Assembly: GCF_009914755.1 (NCBI RefSeq)
Contig: NC_060927.1
DNA length: 64,000 nt
Source of the DNA: the human T2T-CHM13v2.0 reference genome, Homo sapiens
Reading direction: 5' to 3' (one strand)
Under the pieces are notes generated by a model that saw nothing but the letters and a program-made list of their open reading frames with translations, ran no database searches and was not told the origin of the DNA. Shown one piece after another: positions 16,401 through 33,338 of this stretch. The position numbers and the translations under genes were made by a program. Each line of letters starts with the position of its first letter. The stretch's first letter is position 1.

Positions 16401-18989
16401 TGTCATCACACAGCGCAATCACCAAAGCCTTCATTCATAGCCGTAACTCACATTTGAGACAAAATTTTAACAAGATTAGTTATCTGATATTCCAAATCAC
16501 AGCAGATTAGATATAACGAATTAAGAGGGGACAGAAGTTTTGGAGGCAGATGATAGTAACAAGAAGTGGTGGTTAACAATGAGAAAAGAAATGAAAACGC
16601 TACATAAAGCATCTAAAAGATTCTAAACCACAGCAAGCTGAGGCCAGTTCTAACAGAGGCATCATCTTCAAGAGGACAAGGCAGAAAGAAATGATGAAAT
16701 GGTTGAGGGCCACAAGTGATCCTCTGCACAACTTCATCTAGCTTAAGACTGAGCTGGATCTCACCTGCCCAAGCCTCTGAGGGGTGAGATGACCTGCCCC
16801 TGAGGTCACACAACAAAGTAACATAAAGGCAGGATGAGGAACACGTCACTAAGTCCCCAGCCACTGATCCTTTTCCCACCTCCTCTGCTTCATAAGTTCA
16901 GAGGTGCCAAAGGCCTGGGGCAGTCCCAGAGGAGCATCTGGGAGCTCGAGTGGACCAATCAGAGGGAGGGGTGCGTGAGAACTCAAGCTGACCAACCACA
17001 CACCCCTGTGGCCTGGAGCTCAGACAGTAGTGACTGGGCTATATGAAGGACTCTGGCTCCTCAGCCAGTCTTGGACTCTACCTGCATCCTAATTTGGATA
17101 AGCTTCTTAACCCTCTAAACCCCAGTCCACTCAGCCACCAAGTAAGGATTAGAGTCCCTATCTTACCTGCCTCATGGGCAGTCTCAGTGGTTAAATTTGT
17201 TAAACGTCAGGGAGTTTTAGAAACTGTTATTGTTGTGTGGACAGTTGAGCACAACAGAGGGGAAAAGACTAGACTCGCTGGCTCACAAAAACAAGACAAT
17301 GCTCCATATTGCACGTAATCATCGAGCCTGCCCGCGGGACTATCCAGGAAGATTGCTCAGTGACAAATCGATGCTGGAGCAGCTTTTGTTCTAAAACAGA
17401 GCAAAAGGAAAACTTGGCAACAAAACAGACACTGGCAGGTTACTCTATCACAATAGACAGTCTGCAGTTATATTTTTTGCTGAGCAATTTTTACAATATG
17501 ACATATTCATTTTACAGTTTTGATTTTATTTTTCAGAGAGATGTAGTCCTTGTAAATGCTGGGTGCGATTTTCACTTGGTTTATGTTAAATCCAGTGTGA
17601 CCCACTGGGGTGAGTTTTACTTTGATCCTAGCAGAGGTCACTCATGAATGTCGCCCCATCTCTGTTTCAGTGCATCACCTGAAGACTGGTTGGATGAGAA
17701 AACTGAGGTCCGAAGCGGGTATGGAACTGGCTAACCAAGGCAACTGAATGGCAAAGATTAGATTTAGACCAAACTTTCTTTACTTCAGAGACTTTGTGGG
17801 TGCGATGGTGGCTCTAGGGAGGGAAAGAAGGCTCAGAGCAGGGAGGCCAGGGCTGAAGACTTGGGCATTTTAATTGACACTGTCCATTTGAGGAGGTTGG
17901 ATATTTCATCCTCTTCACAAGGAACCTTTTTAAAATTTCTTTGAGAAAAAAACTGTATTACTCTAGCATAGATTAAACTTATGGTTCAGGGTTTTAGTCA
18001 CCCAGTGATGTTCCAGGTGGGTCCTCTCTGGGCTGCTGGAAGTTTCTAGGAGGAGTCCCTGAGTGCGTATTGAGATGATGCTTGTGGTGATCTGGGACCG
18101 GAGCCTTGCCTTGGTGTCAGAAGAACTGGAAGCTAAGACCTGACAGGCCATTTTTCCTGCTGCGTAGAGATAGCCTGTTGGCAGCAGGAAGAAATGGAGC
18201 CCTTTGGAGATTAGCAGACAACTAGGGAGATGGGGAGTGACACAGAGAGCATCCTGGTACCACCAAACCCCTGCTCTGGTCTCTGGGGCCTTGGTTCCTG
18301 CAAGCTATTCCCCATCCGTTCCTGGGCATATGGGCTCACAAAGTCCCTTGCTTCTGATGCAGACTAAAGTTATAGGAGTTATAAAGTTGCCAGTAATCAA
18401 TGACTACAATGGTTGTGTTCTGTGAGTTGCTCTGGGAATATTGACATCAAAGTCATCACATAAAATGTGGGGTGGAAGCTTGCACTAACACTCCCATTCA
18501 GATTGCCTTTCTTAGCCTCCCTGAAACTGTCTGACTCAGTGGACTCCTTGACCAAATAGGCAGTCATGAGTAGAGAGAGTCAGCTTTACCTGGGTCCCAG
18601 GGAACCCAAAAGATACCCAGGGGTGTAGGAGGGTGTCCCAAAAGGTAGTAAAGGAAGTTAGATTCCAACAGTCGTTTCTTTTGCAGTGACCTATGGCAGC
18701 AACAGAGCTTGCTATTTATTTGCGGGATGCCTGTTTGGATTCATCCCCAGCTAGAGTTAGAAGAAAGGAGAAGAAAAGGGAAACTCAGGGCATAGGAGGG
18801 GAGAATGCCAAACTGCCACAGTTGGTACTGCACTTAAGACATCAGGCACTCAGAAATGCACCCCTGTCCAGATTGCCAATTCTTTTCATTGCAAATTAAA
18901 CTTCCAATACTCCAAGTGCTCAGCCTCTGGCAATGCCATGAGTTTATCAAGCATCATAAGTTAGAGGTACACAGAGTTATGTGATTACA

Positions 18990-19700
18990 GCTCTTGGTTT
19001 AAAAACTAGGTTGAGCTGAGGGAAGAATATTACCACAAATAAGCAAACAAACCCATCAAAGAGCCAATATCTACATAAAGAGCTTATCCAAACAATCATA
19101 ATGTTAAGACAATATGCAAAAGACAGGAGGTGAAGATTTCCCCAGGAGGGAATAAAAATAAGAAAATAACAGAAAAAAAATGTTTGCCATCACTAAGTAC
19201 TAAAGAAATGCAAGTGATGTGACACATAGTAGCTATAAATTAGCAAAACCAATGAATAACAATAATGCCCAATGCTGGCAAGGTTGCAGCAAAGCTGGTA
19301 AGTTCAAATAATGCTAGTGGCAGGGTATTTTGGAAAGTAAGTTTCTTGAACCATAAAATGACTGATACCCTATAACCCAACAATGATCACACTCCAAAGT
19401 ATTTCTTCTAAAAGACTTTAAAAGCTAAATGCCCAAAGACATTGGCACTGCAACATAATTTGACGGCACCAAAAAAAGTTACAAAAACAATCTAAATGTC
19501 CACAGTATGAAAATAGTTCAACAAATTATAATATGTCCACCTAATGAAATATTTGAGAGTCATCTAAAATGGTAATTTTGAAGATTATGTAGCATCTTAG
19601 AGAATGTTTTTAATATGCTTAGTTCAAAAAAGAAAAGCCTATAGAGGTTGGGATTATAATTATGGAAAATTTATATATGCAGGAGTGCAACAATAAAAGG
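18990..19700 (+). mobile_element. Highly degraded old L1M fragment
   Basis: A-rich sequence with remnants of L1 ORF2 3'/3' UTR motifs (catcactaagtactaaagaaatgcaa; taaatgtccacagtatgaaaatagttcaacaaattataatat). Confidence 0.55.
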
Positions 19701-20556
19701 AGCTCAGGATAATGAAAAGTGCTGTACCTTGCTAGGCTAATGGAGAGTGGGTAATTTTCAGCCTCAGTTTCTGCATCAAGCAATCTGGAGCAGTGTATTA
19801 TCCCTCTCCTCCCTCCCCTCTACCCTCTCCTTTCTCCCCTCTCTCCTTTTCCTGCAATCTGGGTTATGAATGAGGTAATATATGGGAAGAATGCTGCACA
19901 GTGCCACGTTACACTCTTCTTTGCTTCTCCCTTCAGCTCAGGGTTCCTAGACAGTGTGACCTGCAGGGTCAGGGCAGCTGCCCAGGGAGCCTGAGGTCAG
20001 GTGTGGAGGGAGACTTCTGGCCCATGCTCAGCATGCCTCTCACTGTCTTCAAACCCAGTTTCCCAACAGGCCCTGCACCCCACACCCAACTCCTTTTTTC
20101 GTCAACAGAAGACCCAGGCTTTCAGCACCCAGAGATTGTGCAGAGGAAGAGAGAGAGAGAGACACCACTGGTGCCCCCACCTTGGGACGTGCCTAAAGAT
20201 CATGCGGTAGCCCCTACCCCCACCCCCAGGTTTCTGGTTTATAAAGGACCTCCATGTCTTCAATCTCCCCTGAGACTCACAAGAGTCCTGAGAAAAGGTA
20301 AAATGAAGACTCATTTGAGAAAGAAAATTAGGCCCAGCGAGGTAAACCACCCTCCCCAGTGCTGAACAGGCTATAAGACGCAGACAGCAAGACCAAAATC
20401 CAGGCAGGATGACTCCGAAGTCCACGCTCTGTTGGCTGAATAGGAAGAAGCTGAGCTGCCTCCCACAAAGCCCAACTCCCCTTGAAACTTTCTTAACAAG
20501 AAGACGTTTTGATTCGCCAGAAATCTCCCAAGGGAAAGCATACTTGCTGTCTGGAC

Positions 20557-20735
20557 CAAAGCTTTTCAAACTTGAGCATCAGTCAGAATCCCCTGCAGGA
20601 CATTAAAACAGATGCCAGTCCCCATTGCAGAGCTCCCAAGTCAGTAGGTCTGGGGTGAGGCCTGAGAACTTGCATGTCTGACCGGCTTCCAGGAGATGCT
20701 CATGCTGCTGGTCTGGGGACCACACTTTGAGAAGG
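20557..20735. mobile_element. MER5A-like hAT-Charlie DNA transposon remnant
   Basis: ttttcaaacttgagcatcagtcagaatc...ggtctggggtgaggcctgagaacttgcat...gatgctcatgctgctggtctggggaccacactttgagaa. Confidence 0.75.
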
Positions 20736-22139
20736 CCTGGTTGGAAAGTCTTGATAAATGCTTGATGTTAAAGTTGTACTTGGGGCAGAAGGGAAGAAAT
20801 GATTCCACGTGGAAACCAAGGAGGAAATGCATCCTTCTGCTCCCCAAAGGGAAGTAAAATGAGAAAAGAGGATCGAGCAGATGGGAGGAAGGCATGGGTT
20901 TGGCGAAGTAACCCCTTCAGCGACTCCACCAACAACTTCCATGACAGTAATTAGGGTGATGAGTACTCAGTGCTAGTGAGTTGGTGGTGTGCAAATTGAG
21001 GTGACGGATTGGGTGTCATGTGGGGATAGGCTGGGACAGACAGTCCACAATGGCCAGATGAGTGGGCTGGCCATCTGGATTTCAGCCAGAAATTAGCAGA
21101 AGGGCTTTGGATGTGTTGACTATGGTGTCAGGGGACTGAGGACATGTCATGCACCTCCTGTGGGCAGGGAGGCCCATGAACCGAGGAAGCAGGTGGCCAT
21201 CTGTGGCAGCTGTCACAGCCCAGCATAAAGCTAAGCACTTCTACTTATTATATCATTCAAAAGCTGCCTCAGCCTGCAAGGTGGGAGAGGGGCCTGGGGT
21301 GGGGAGGTGAGGTTGCTGAACTTCCGCCAGCTCCCTGAACCACAGTGGCTGTCATGCCACCACCGGAGATGAATTCTAGGGAAGGCTTTGGCGTCTTTCA
21401 GGATCCTCTGTTCAAATGTCCTTCGTAAGTCCATTTACCCATTAGTTCCACAAATATTTACAGAGCCTCTACCAGGGGCCAGGTGATGTCACACCTTTAA
21501 ATGGTCATGAGCTAATGCTTTAGAAGGTTTAAATTGGCAATCGGCCTGTCTTATTTTAATTTAGAATGATCAACAGAGTAAAGAAGCAGGGAGCTGAATT
21601 ACAGGTCTGGTGAGCTGAGACTTTAATGCTATTTGTTAGCAGCTGGTGTTGTTATTACTGTTAGGAGGGCTTGTCACAGAGGACGGCATGGTTCAGAGTT
21701 GTCTGTAAAATCTGAGACTCTGGAAAGCCAGAGTCCTTTTGTCAAGAGTCAAGTCTAAGGATGGAAGGTGTGAGTATCAGGGGTGTGAGAGTAGGGTGCT
21801 AGGCAGTAGAGAGCACAGGAAAGATGGGGGCTTGGGTGGCCTGGGTGCTCCAGGCTTCTGAAAATTCTCACTCTGACAAGAGCTCCAGAGAAGTGTGTGA
21901 AGGACAAATCCCTGCTCATCCTTGTTCTAGGACTCTAAAGGGATAGTTCCTCTGGAAACCTATCCAAGGAATTCATTCCCAGATCCCCAGAGACCTCCAT
22001 CCTAAGGAACGCACATTACAGTCTGTTGGGAAGTAGTTCTGTTCTCTATGTCTGATTGTGCTTCAAAGTTTTCAAAAGTCCAAATGGTGGGGGAAGTAGG
22101 TGAGAAAGACACGTTTAACATATAACCCTGGAGCGAGGA

Positions 22140-22520
22140 GCAGTGGATTTTGAGTCATCGGCCCAAGTTAGAATTTGGCCTCTGCCACTTCGGAGCTATG
22201 TAAACTCAGCAACATTATTTCCCCTGTTAAGCCTCATTTTCCTCTCTTCTGAGAGAGATGCTAACACCTACATCCCAGCCTCTGAGAGGCTACAGAGAGC
22301 AGTGATTGCAGGCCTGACTGCTGGGATTCAGATCCTCACTCTGCCATGTGCAAGCTGTGTGACTTTTGCAAGTTACCTAACCTCCCTGAGCCTCAGTTTC
22401 CTCATCTGTAAAATAAGGTTAATAATCATAGCTATCAGACAGGAGTACCACGAGGATTAAATAAGATGTAAAGCACCTAGAACAACTTTTGGCATTTAGC
22501 AAATGCTATGTAAGTGCTTA
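22140..22520 (+). mobile_element. MIR SINE fragments
   Basis: MIR core: gctgtgtgacttttgcaagttacctaacctccctgagcctcagtttcctcatctgtaaaataagg. Confidence 0.75.
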
Positions 22521-22987
22521 TTTATTTAAAAGATAGTCAAATGGGATACTTAACTGTCAAACCCATCACCTGCCATTACCTCTGTAAGGGAAGGCTAGAG
22601 ATTTTTGGAGGGAATTTGCTCCGGTAGCAAGTACCACAGCATTTCCCTATGGGTGCGAGAAGAGGGGGTCGTTCCTCTGCCTCCCAAGCCAAGTGAGGGG
22701 AAGCCCAGGAGAACTATTTGGGTAGGCTGGTGGGGAGGGCTTGCAGGATGAGGACGTAGCCGTCCTCTCCCTTGCCGGATTTCTACTGAGCTGCAGATTC
22801 CCAAAGGCCACCCCAAGTGTCAACAAAGTTCATGGAGTTCTTGATGGTGCCTAATATTAGTGTCCAGGAATTGGGGGGGTGGGGGTGGGGCATGGGGTCA
22901 TGCAAGGTAAGCCTAAGGCTGGTGGCTGGCAGGAGCCGCCTACAACGGCAGAGCCAGGAGAGCAGCCTGCTAGTGTGACGTGCCCAA

Positions 22988-23331
22988 TGCTAGGGGCTAA
23001 ATTGCATCTCCCCCAAATTCTTATGTTGAAGCCCTAACTCTCAGTGTGACTGTGTTTGAATTAAAGCCACAAAATTGGGAATCTGATCCAATAGAATTCG
23101 TGTCTTTATAAGAGGCACCTGAGAGCTCACTTGCTCTCCCTGCCACCTGAGGATACAATGAGAAGGTGGTTGTTTGCAAGCCAGGAATGGAGCCCTCACC
23201 TTAAACCACCTGGCCAGCTCCTGGATAATCTTGGCCCTTCAGCCTCCAGCACAGTGAGAAATAGAATTTCTGTTGTTTAAGCCCATGCAGTCTAGGGTAT
23301 TTTGTTATGGCAGCCTGAGCAGACTAAGACA
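22988..23331 (+). mobile_element. MLT1A-like MaLR solo LTR
   Basis: TG...CA termini (tgctaggggctaaattgcatctccccc...gcagcctgagcagactaagaca) with a near-perfect 5-bp TSD, cccaa/cccag. Confidence 0.8.
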
Positions 23332-23784
23332 CCCAGGGTATGTGCCTATTCCCAGGCACCAGTACTCTGTGGAGGGCAGCCTGCCAGACTCTGGGAGTCC
23401 CAGGGGTGTGTAGCCTGGGCCAGGACCAACAATTAGACCAAGAGTGCATTTGGGGAGGGTTGGACAGAGGTCCTTATAGAGCATTCTCCAAGGGGAGCTT
23501 GGGTTGGGGTGTCAGCCATTTGTCCACCCACAAAGAGCAGTCCCAGACAGCACTGGCTGTGTGAAAACATCTTTCGGCCTCTTCCAGGACGCCATGGCAG
23601 AAAAAAAAAAAAAAAAGAAGCTGCAACTTGAATGATGAGACCACAGCCCTCCCCGCTTCAGTTCCCAGCAGGGGCAGCCTCACCCGAGGAGAGGAGATTG
23701 CTTGGTGCTGAAAATGAAATTAAATTAAAGTTGTAATGGGCTGGGCTTTCTTTCTTTTTTTTTTAATTGAAGTGTGACACTTTG

Positions 23785-23915
23785 CTGTCCAAAGCGTGAT
23801 CTGAAATGGAGCATCGCCAGAGAGCCTGGCAGAAATGCAGTCTCAGGCCCTACCATCTGCATTTTAACAAGAACCTCTGGTGAGTCACAAGCCCACAAAC
23901 GTTTGAGAAGTGCTG
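23785..23915. mobile_element. MER5A-like DNA transposon remnant
   Basis: agaaatgcagtctcaggccc...atctgcattttaacaag...tttgagaagtgctg. Confidence 0.65.
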
Positions 23916-24718
23916 GTGTAACACATGAACAGCTGCAGAAATGCCCACATACGGACACACCCAAGCAGCTGGCACCCAGATATTTACCATACCTCCACCT
24001 CCCCAGGCAGCCCCTGGGGGCCCTTCCTGCTGGATGCCCTATGGTGGGTTTTCTTAATTAAGCCTGAAATTGAGTCTGTTCCAATTCTCCAAAGAGAACC
24101 GAAGGCTGGAGGCTCAGCCCAGAAGGTCAACAAGGGGTGGAGAGGAGCTTGAAGGCATGGTGGGAGAGAAAACAAAGCCAAATCAGAGCCCAGCTCCTGC
24201 AGAAACCACTGTCTCTTCTCTCTAGCTCTATGGGCTTTCACTGTACCCCCTCCCTTCTGGCCTGTTGTCCTGGTTGATCTTCACAGCCACTTTAACTCCA
24301 GATTCATAAAAATGCAAATAGTGGAGCCTCCCACAGTAGCCAAGCCTGGGGCTGGTGGTGGCTGCTACAGCCACAGCTGCTCCATCAGGCAGCTTCCGTT
24401 TTTCCATTGCAGATGAAAATGCGCTATTTCCTTTACATAACTTGTAATATCTTGAGTTTGCCACTCACACCTGTACAATCAGGCAGCTAAAACTTATCTG
24501 GTTGTGGTGCTACTTCTCTGAGATTCCTCCCAGCTGATTCCTTAGCACCTCAAAGATGCTGGCACATTCTCAGCAAGAAATGGGTCTCCTCCATCCCCAG
24601 CTACCTCGCTGGGTGCCATTGGGTGAGTCTCCAGGGCTGCTTCTGTTGTTGATGGTCTGTCCTGGAGCATGGGACTCCCAAGAATCAGGCCAGGGATACA
24701 GGCTTCCATCGTCTAAAA

Positions 24719-24913
24719 CAGGGTTTCTCCATTTCTGCACCACTGACTGTGGGACTGGATAATCCTTTGTTGTGGGGGGCTGTCTTGTGCAGAATAGAAT
24801 GTCCAGCAGCATCCCAGCCTCTATTTACCAGATATCAGGAGCACCTCTATGACAATCAAGTGTCTCCAGCCTTTGCCAAATGTCCCCAGATTGCTCCTGG
24901 TTGAGATCCACTG
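24719..24913 (+). mobile_element. MER20 hAT-Charlie DNA transposon
   Basis: Terminal inverted repeats cagggtttctc...gagatccactg; internal gactggataatcctttgttgtggggggctgtc; 8-bp TSD-like flanks gtctaaaa/ttctaaat. Confidence 0.8.
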
Positions 24914-26973
24914 TTCTAAATGCATGGTCAATGCCCTGTGTGCTGGGCTGCCAGAGGGAACTGGGATGGCCTGGTGGCAGGGTTGCCCAGGAAGAAATAA
25001 TCCAAGTTCCCAAGTCAACAGTGAGGATATATTCCAACAGGTCTACTGTCACAAGGAGAGGACAAAAGTACCAACGGAGCATTTAAAGGGGAATCAGTGG
25101 CCAGGTCTTAGAATAGAGAGTTTCTTAATTTGGGTATCCCAGGAGGAGACCTTCAGACAAGGGTTCCAGAAAAAGTAGCTTATATGAAAGGCGCAAGGAA
25201 GACTGAGAGGGGGTAGGGAACTGATATAGGAAAATAAAGGTTGATCAAGCTAACCGCCCCTGGAGGTGACTGGCCTGTGATCCTGCTGGGGGCCTCTAGG
25301 CGGCAGTGTCAAGCACATGCCTCAGACTCATCTCCCCAGGCTTCCAAGGGTGAGGGAGCTCGGGTGTATATATTTATAATACACCAATTCCCAACAGTCA
25401 GTGGTTGCTGGCTTCTCCCACAGGGCAGTAATTCCCCAAAGCAGGCTCCAGGGCCCAAGGAAAGCCCTCGGCAGGGAAACATTGAGTGTCAGGCACAGGG
25501 AATCAGGCCATCGGGTCACCTGGACACCGTAAGGGTGAGGGGATAGGGACAAGGCACCCACAGTTCCTGCTATCCCCCCAAGATGCTCCCCTCCCTCAGC
25601 CCACCCTCAGTCCCAGGCACTGTTACCGAACTTCTCAGTCTTCCCAGAGAAGCACTGCCCAACATCGAAGCCACGCCTCTCTGAGAGGGAGCCACATCCA
25701 CTCCTATCCTCGCCCACCTTTGGAGAGGGAGGGTGGAAGATACAGACCCACAGCCTCCTGGCTGCAGATTCCAGTTCCCTAACCCTGTTGAAGCCCAGGG
25801 TGCCTTCCTGAAGAAGCAATTCAGATCACAACAGCATTTTGCATTTTAATCCTGCATCTACATTCGTGTCCCTACCCCTCTACCCTGCCACTCTATCCTG
25901 CTTAGATCCGCGTATTACTCTGAGTCTACAATCCTGCTCAATGGATTAATGGCCAATTCAAAAGATGGAAAACATGTGGTGCTTGAATTAATGAGCAAGT
26001 TCTTCCACTGTCTACCAGATCAACCTTGAGCAGGTTGCTACAATTCTCCGGGCCTTTATTTCTTGATCTGTGAAATGGGGAAAAGATACCTACCATGTTT
26101 CTCTGCTACTGCCTGGTTTTGCTGAATGTAGGCCCTCCCTCCACCGGGACCTGCGTCCCAATTTCCAGGACTCCCCCAAGGGAATCTCACCTGGGTTCAA
26201 AAATATCTTACCATCAACCAACACCTGAGGGCTTCAGGGGTTGGTGTTTTTGATGATTGTTTTAAATTTGACCCCAGACACTGGTGGTCACTGCTGCCGC
26301 TTCCACCACTGAGCCCTCTTGCCGGCCCTAGTCCCACACATGGCAGCTTTGATGCCCTGGGCTCCTTTGATGCTCTGCCTTCTGGGCTCCTGACCACATT
26401 GGTTTCAGCTCTGCCCACCTGGACCTCACCCAAGCAACTTTCCTCCTGGCTGCAGCTCCAAGAGCTGCCCCCTCTCCACCAGGAGGAACTGACTTACCAA
26501 GGTGACAGTCTAGAGACTGCTTGCCCAATTAAAGCCATGATCCCCAATCTCACACTCCAAGTGAGGCCCCTCCACCCAAGAGGAATCCAGCACATGGATC
26601 CCCACTCCCACAGGCTGATCCCTACTCCCCACCCAAAGGTCGTCTCAGTTGTAAACCACAGGTCATCCTGATCCCTTTCAGAACCACCCTGAGGCCTAAG
26701 GAAAAGCCTTGGCCTCACTGCAATCAAATTCCAGCACCACTGCTTAGCAGCTGTGTTCCAGCAGGCACAGTACTGCACCTCTCTGAACCTCAGTAGCACC
26801 CACCTTCTTCTGAGAGTCATGGTGGCCATCCAGTGACAGCGGATACGATGTGTTTAGCACAATGCCTGGTGTCTAATCCTCAGAGCCCGTGCATTCAACA
26901 AAGATATAACTGGCAAATGTTACCTCTTCCTCCATTTAAAAAAACATTGATACCATTGATTAAGAACAATGGT

Positions 26974-27277
26974 AGCTGGGATCGGTAGCTCACGTCTGTG
27001 ATCCCAGCACTTTGGGAGGCTGAGGTGAGAAGACTGCTTGAGCCCAGAAGATCAAGACCAGCGTCAGTGAGCAACAGAGTGAGACCGTCTACAAAAAAAA
27101 AAAAATTTTAATTAGACAGGCATGTTAGTGCATGCCTACTTAGGAGCGACTTAGGAGGTTGAAGTGGGAGTATTGCTTCAACCCAGGAGGCAGAGGCTGC
27201 AGTGAGCCAATATCATGCTACTGTATTCCAGCCTGGGCAACAGAGTGAGACTCTGTCTCAAAAAAAACCAAAAAAAC
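26974..27277 (+). mobile_element. AluJ element whose A-tail is split by the L1 insertion
   Basis: Diverged Alu (gctgggatcggtagctcacgtctgtgatcccagcactttgggagg...gactctgtctcaaaa) with J-type 'tgcttgagcccag' and 'gaggctgcagtgagc'. Confidence 0.88.
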
Positions 27278-28184
27278 GGGGGGAGGAGCCAAGATGGCCG
27301 AATAGGAACAGCTCCGGTCTACAGCTCCCAGCGTGAGCGACGCAGAAGACGGGTGATTTCTGCATTTCCATCTGAGGTACCGGGTTCATCTCACTAGGGA
27401 GTGCCAGACAGTGGGCGCAGGTCAGCGGGTGCGCGCACCTTGCGCGAGCCGAAGCAGGGTGAGGCATTGCCTCACTCGGGAAGCACAAGGGGTCAGGGAG
27501 TTCCCTTTCCGAGTCAAAGAAAGGGGTGACGGACGGCACCTGGAAAATCGGGTCACTCCCACCCGAATACTGTGCTTTTCCGACGGGCTTAAAAAACGGC
27601 GCACTGCGAGATTATATCCCGCACCTGGCTCGGAGGGTCCTACCCCACGGAATCTCGCTGATTGCTAGCACAGCAGTCTGAGATCAAACTGCAAGGCGGC
27701 AGCGAGGCTGGGGGAGGGGGGCCCGCCATTGCCCAGGCTTGATTAGGTAAACAAAGCAGCCGGGAAGCTCCAACTGGGTGGAGCCCACCACAGCTCAAGG
27801 AGGCCTGCCTGCCTCTGTAGGCTCCACCTCTGGGAGCAGGGCACAGACAAACAAAAAGACAGCAGTAACCTCTGCAGACTTAAATGTCCCTGTCTGACAG
27901 CTTTGAAGAGAGCAGTGGTTCTCCCAGCACCCAGCTGGAGATCTGAGAACAGGCAGACTGCCTCCTCAAGTGGGTCCCTGACCCCTGACCCCCGAGCAGC
28001 CTAACTGGGAGGCACCTGCCAACAGGGGCACACTGACACCTCACACGGCAGGGTACTCCAACAGACCTGCAGCTGAGGGTCCTGTCTGTTAGAAGGAAAA
28101 CTAACAAACAGAAAGGACATCCACACCAAAAACCCATCTGTACATCACCATCATCAAAGACCAAAAGTAGATAAAACCACAAAG

Positions 28185-29198
28185 ATGGGGAAAAAACAGA
28201 ACAGAAGAGCTGGAAACTCTAAAAAGCAGAGCGCCTCTCCTCCTCCAAAGGAACGCAGTTCCTCACCAGCAACGGAACAAAGCTGGAGGGGGAATGACTT
28301 TGACGAGCTGAGAGAAGAAGGCTTCAGATGATCAAATTACTCTGAGCTACGGGAGGACATTCAAACCAAAGGCAAAGAAGTTGAAAACTTTGAAAAAAAT
28401 TTAGAAGAATGTATAACTAGAATAACCAATACGGAGAAGTGCTTAAAGGAGCTGATGGAGCTGAAAACCAAGGCTCGAGAACTACGTAAAGAATGCAGTA
28501 GCCTCAGGAGCCGATGCCATCAACTGGAAGAAAGGGTATCAGCAATGGAAGATGAAATGAATGAAATGAAGTGGGAAGGGAAGTTTAGAGAAAAAAGAAT
28601 AAAAAGAAATAAGCAAAGCCTCCAAGAAATATGGGACTATGTGAAAAGACCAAATCTACGTCTCATTGGTGTACCTGAAAGTGACGGGGAGAATGGAACT
28701 AAGTTGGAAAACACTCTGCAGGATATCGTCCAGAACTTCCCCAATCTAGCAAGGCAGACCAATGTTCAGATTCAGGAAATACAGAGAACGCCACAAAGAT
28801 ACTCCTCGAGAAGAGCAACTCCAAGACACATAATTGTCAGATTCACCAAAGTTGAAATGAAGGAAAAAATGTTAAGGGCAGCCAGAGAGAAAGGTCGGAT
28901 TACCCTCAAAGGGAAGCCCATCAGACTAACAGCAGATCTCTTGGCAGAAACCCTACAGGCCAGAAGAGAGTGGGGGCCAATATTCAACATTCTTAAAGGA
29001 AAGAATTTTCAACCCAGAATTTCATATCCAGCCAAACTAAGCTTCATAAGTGAAGGAGAAATAAAATACTTTACAGACAAGCAAATGCTGAGAGATTTTG
29101 TCACCACCAGGCCTGCCCTAAAAGAGCTCCTGAAGGAAGTGCTAAACATGGAAAGGAACAACCAGTACCAGCCACTGCAAAATCATGCCAAAATGTAA
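28185..29198 (+). pseudogene. L1 ORF1p (RNA-binding chaperone), disrupted
   Basis: ATG GGG AAA AAA CAG at 28185; in-frame TGA at codon 49 (28329-28331, CGA>TGA); a 3-bp deletion (DIVQNF vs DIIQENF); the remainder matches ORF1p through QNHAKM. Confidence 0.93.
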
Positions 29199-29261
29199 AG
29201 ACTATCGAGACTAGGAAGAAACTGCTTCAACTAACGAGCAAAATAACCAGCTAACATCATC

Positions 29262-33081
<3,820 letters not shown>

Positions 33082-33338
33082 ACAATAAGAACACATGGAC
33101 ACGGGAAGGGGAACATCACACTCTGGGGACTGTTGTGGGGTGGGGGGAGGGGGGAGGGATAGCATTGGGAGATATACCTAATGCTAGATGACGAGTTAGT
33201 GGGTGCAACGTACCAGCATGGCACATGTATACATATGTAACTAACCTGCACAATGTGCACATGTACCCTAAAACTTAAAGTATACTAATAAAAGAAAAAA
33301 AAAACAAAAAAACAAAAAAAAAAACAGAACAACAATAC

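Noticed and set aside
19901-20569. Overlapping 154/155-aa ORFs on opposite strands
   Set aside because: No homology recognised, no clear splice or promoter context, and low-information composition. The lengths are compatible with chance.
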